Assembly: GCA_030691775.1 (NCBI GenBank) | Contig: JAUYDN010000240.1 | Span: 1 to 37,863, forward strand | DNA: 37,863 bases | Origin: Dehalococcoidia bacterium | GTDB taxonomy: Bacteria > Chloroflexota > Dehalococcoidia > Dehalococcoidales > Fen-1064 | Direction of reading: 5' to 3' | Part shown: positions 35,397-37,863 of the stretch, piece after piece | How the letters are laid out: every line of letters starts with the position of its first letter | Position numbering within the stretch: the first letter of the stretch is position 1 | Made by a program: the position numbers and the translations under genes | Notes under the pieces: model-generated | Databases searched by the model: none | The model's input: only the letters and a program-made list of their open reading frames with translations | Told to the model about the DNA's origin: nothing

Positions 35397-35433
35397 TCCC
35401 CCCTCGACTTACCACCCCTTCTCCATAATAGCT
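35397..35433 (+). repeat. 37-bp direct repeat, copy A (decayed copy of the tRNA-Phe promoter region)
   Basis: 33/37 identical to 36826-36862, with a 21-nt perfect core caccccttctccataatagct (35413-35433 = 36842-36862). Confidence 0.7.
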
Positions 35434-35457
35434 CGCAAAAAGAAGCCCCGTCAGTCT

Positions 35458-36738
35458 CTACGCAATCAACCCCTGTTCCTTGAACCTGGCGATGTCTTCC
35501 CACGAGTAACCAGCCTCGACCAGCACCTCCTCGGTGTGTTGCCCGAACTCGGGGGCGGGCATCCTGACGGTGGCCGGTGTCCCGCTCAGGTTCACCGGGT
35601 TTGCCAGCGCCTCGATGCGCCCGTGTGCCGGATGGTCGTAGGCGACGAAACAGCCAGCCGCCCTCGCCTGCGGGTCATTAATCACTTCCTTCAGGTTCTG
35701 TAGCGGCGCATAGGGCATCCCCTCGAGCAATGGTACCCAGTCTGCGAGGGGCTTGCGCATAAAAGTCTGGCTGATTTCCTGCCGGAGCAACGTGCAGTGC
35801 TCAGCCCTGCCTTCGGTGGTCGAGTAGCGGGCATCCTTTGCCAGGTCCTCCCGCCCGATGCACTGGCAGAACTTGGTCCAGTACCGGTCCGGTTGTAGCG
35901 CGACGAAGACAACTATCCGGAAATCGCTAGTTACATACGCGCCAGATAAAGGATTGGTGGCTTTGTTGCCATAAAAAGCCATGACCTGCATATTAGCCAT
36001 CTGGGCTTGCGCCACGACCTCCGGTGGTGGATTCTCACGCCAGTCCTCGAAGTTCATCCCTGTCGCAAGCGCACCGGCGACATCGAACGAATTCTGGTAA
36101 AGCCCCATGTGCAGAAGCGAGGTATCCACTTCCTGTCCCAGGCCGGTTTTCTCCCGCGCGTAGAGCGCCAGCATTACGCCGAAGGCAAGCCCCAGCCCGG
36201 TGACGTTATCACCGATTCCCGGCCGGTAACCCATGCACGGTACTCCCGGATAAGAGAGCACGTAAGGGATTGCGGCGCGCGTCCAGTAGGCAGTCGTGTC
36301 ATAAGCGGGCAGGTTCTTGTCCGGACCTGTCTTGCCATAACCGCTGACATTGCCGCTGATGATTCTCGGGTTGATTTTGCGTAGAGTGGCGTGCTCCAGT
36401 CCGTAACGTTCCAGCTCGAATGCCCTGAGGTTACTGACGAACACATCCGTCTGCTCGATAAGCTTGTAGAGGATGTTGCGCCCGCCCTCTTTAGCGATAT
36501 CGAGGGTGAGGCTACGCTTGTTGCGGTTGTAATTCTCCCAGTTGTAGTTAATGGCTGAGGGCGCCGCCTGCCGGCCAGCCGCGGAGACATCTTGGAAGAT
36601 GCGCCACGAGTCCCCGGTGAGCGGGTTCTCCACGTGAATCACATCCGCCCCGAAATCTGCCAGGTGACGGGCGCATACCGGCACCGCCGCCACCTGAGAT
36701 ACATCGATGACTTTAATTCCCTCTAACGCCAGAGCCAT
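35458..36738 (-). CDS. Family III CoA-transferase (CaiB/BaiF-like)
   Basis: MALALEGIKVIDVSQVAAVPVCARHLADFGADVIHVE is the typical family III N-terminus, over 426 aa. AGGAGG lies 5 nt upstream of the ATG. Confidence 0.85.
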   Translation of the reverse strand: MALALEGIKVIDVSQVAAVPVCARHLADFGADVIHVENPLTGDSWRIFQDVSAAGRQAAPSAINYNWENYNRNKRSLTLDIAKEGGRNILYKLIEQTDVFVSNLRAFELERYGLEHATLRKINPRIISGNVSGYGKTGPDKNLPAYDTTAYWTRAAIPYVLSYPGVPCMGYRPGIGDNVTGLGLAFGVMLALYAREKTGLGQEVDTSLLHMGLYQNSFDVAGALATGMNFEDWRENPPPEVVAQAQMANMQVMAFYGNKATNPLSGAYVTSDFRIVVFVALQPDRYWTKFCQCIGREDLAKDARYSTTEGRAEHCTLLRQEISQTFMRKPLADWVPLLEGMPYAPLQNLKEVINDPQARAAGCFVAYDHPAHGRIEALANPVNLSGTPATVRMPAPEFGQHTEEVLVEAGYSWEDIARFKEQGLIA

Positions 36739-36825
36739 AAGCCGCCTCCTGTTGCGTACCCAATCGCACGCGAAAATATAGTGACAAGATTGTAGCTGGT
36801 AAGAAAGGTGATGTCAACGGAGATG

Positions 36826-36862
36826 TACCCCCTCGCCTTGACACCCCTTCTCCATAATAGCT
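36826..36862 (+). repeat. 37-bp direct repeat, copy B (overlaps the tRNA-Phe promoter)
   Basis: See copy A at 35397-35433. Confidence 0.7.
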
Positions 36863-36867
36863 ACAAT
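36838..36867 (+). promoter_or_regulatory. Predicted tRNA-Phe promoter TTGACA-18-TACAAT
   Basis: -35 at 36838-36843 and -10 at 36862-36867. The mature tRNA 5' end is 13 nt downstream. Confidence 0.45.
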
Positions 36868-36879
36868 ATCATTTGTCAC

Positions 36880-37751
<872 letters not shown>

Positions 37752-37863
37752 ACACGTCCTTTACGTTCGAGATTGCTTTCTGCCATTGTGCCACGAGCGT
37801 GGGTCACGGGTAAGGCATATCGGGCTTGTTCATATGACCCCGCAGGTCATTCCCGTGAGACGG

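Noticed and set aside
35317-35703. 128-aa plus-strand ORF spanning the island edge and the CoA-transferase 3' end
   Set aside because: It is antisense to the well-supported CoA-transferase for most of its length. It starts inside the cassette promoter region, is low-complexity and has no SD.

Overview
37.9-kb bacterial chromosomal window. All calls come from reading the sequence and ORF track by eye; no searches were run. About 21 kb (12634-33500, minus strand) is one ribosomal-protein superoperon. Its order is rpsL-rpsG-fusA-rpsJ (no tuf), rplC-D-W-B, rpsS, rplV, rpsC, rplP, rpmC, rpsQ, rplN-X-E, rpsZ, rpsH, rplF-R, rpsE, rpmD, rplO, secY, adk, map, infA, rpmJ (absent from the ORF track, found by hand), rpsM-K-D, rpoA, rplQ, truA, rplM, rpsI. 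The left 12 kb holds housekeeping and metabolic genes: a dienoyl-CoA-reductase-like flavoprotein, a GNAT, an SDR, an alpha/beta hydrolase, an MFS transporter, a split MaoC hotdog pair, plsY, an endonuclease-III-like protein, a metallophosphoesterase, radA and queF. The right 4.3 kb is the accessory part. A sharply AT-rich island (about 33.66-35.43 kb) lies directly upstream of the rpsL promoter. It carries a translationally coupled two-gene cassette, a DUF262 (GmrS/ParB-like, DGQQR) protein plus a small HEPN-like protein, which I consider the best candidate for an undescribed defence system. After it come a family III CoA-transferase, tRNA-Phe(GAA), and a tyrosine recombinase whose 3' end runs antisense into the tRNA, so an integrative element probably continues past the right edge. 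The non-coding DNA is unusual in three ways. Many spacers, including ones inside the r-protein operon, are degenerate period-7 (heptanucleotide) tandem arrays. There are MITE-like palindromic elements with TGTCATTCTGGAG terminal inverted repeats. There is also a GTCATTCCCG...CGGGAATC hairpin family, and plsY is bracketed by inverted repeat copies. Gene order and repeat types are reminiscent of uncultured Chloroflexota-like genomes, but that is only an impression.
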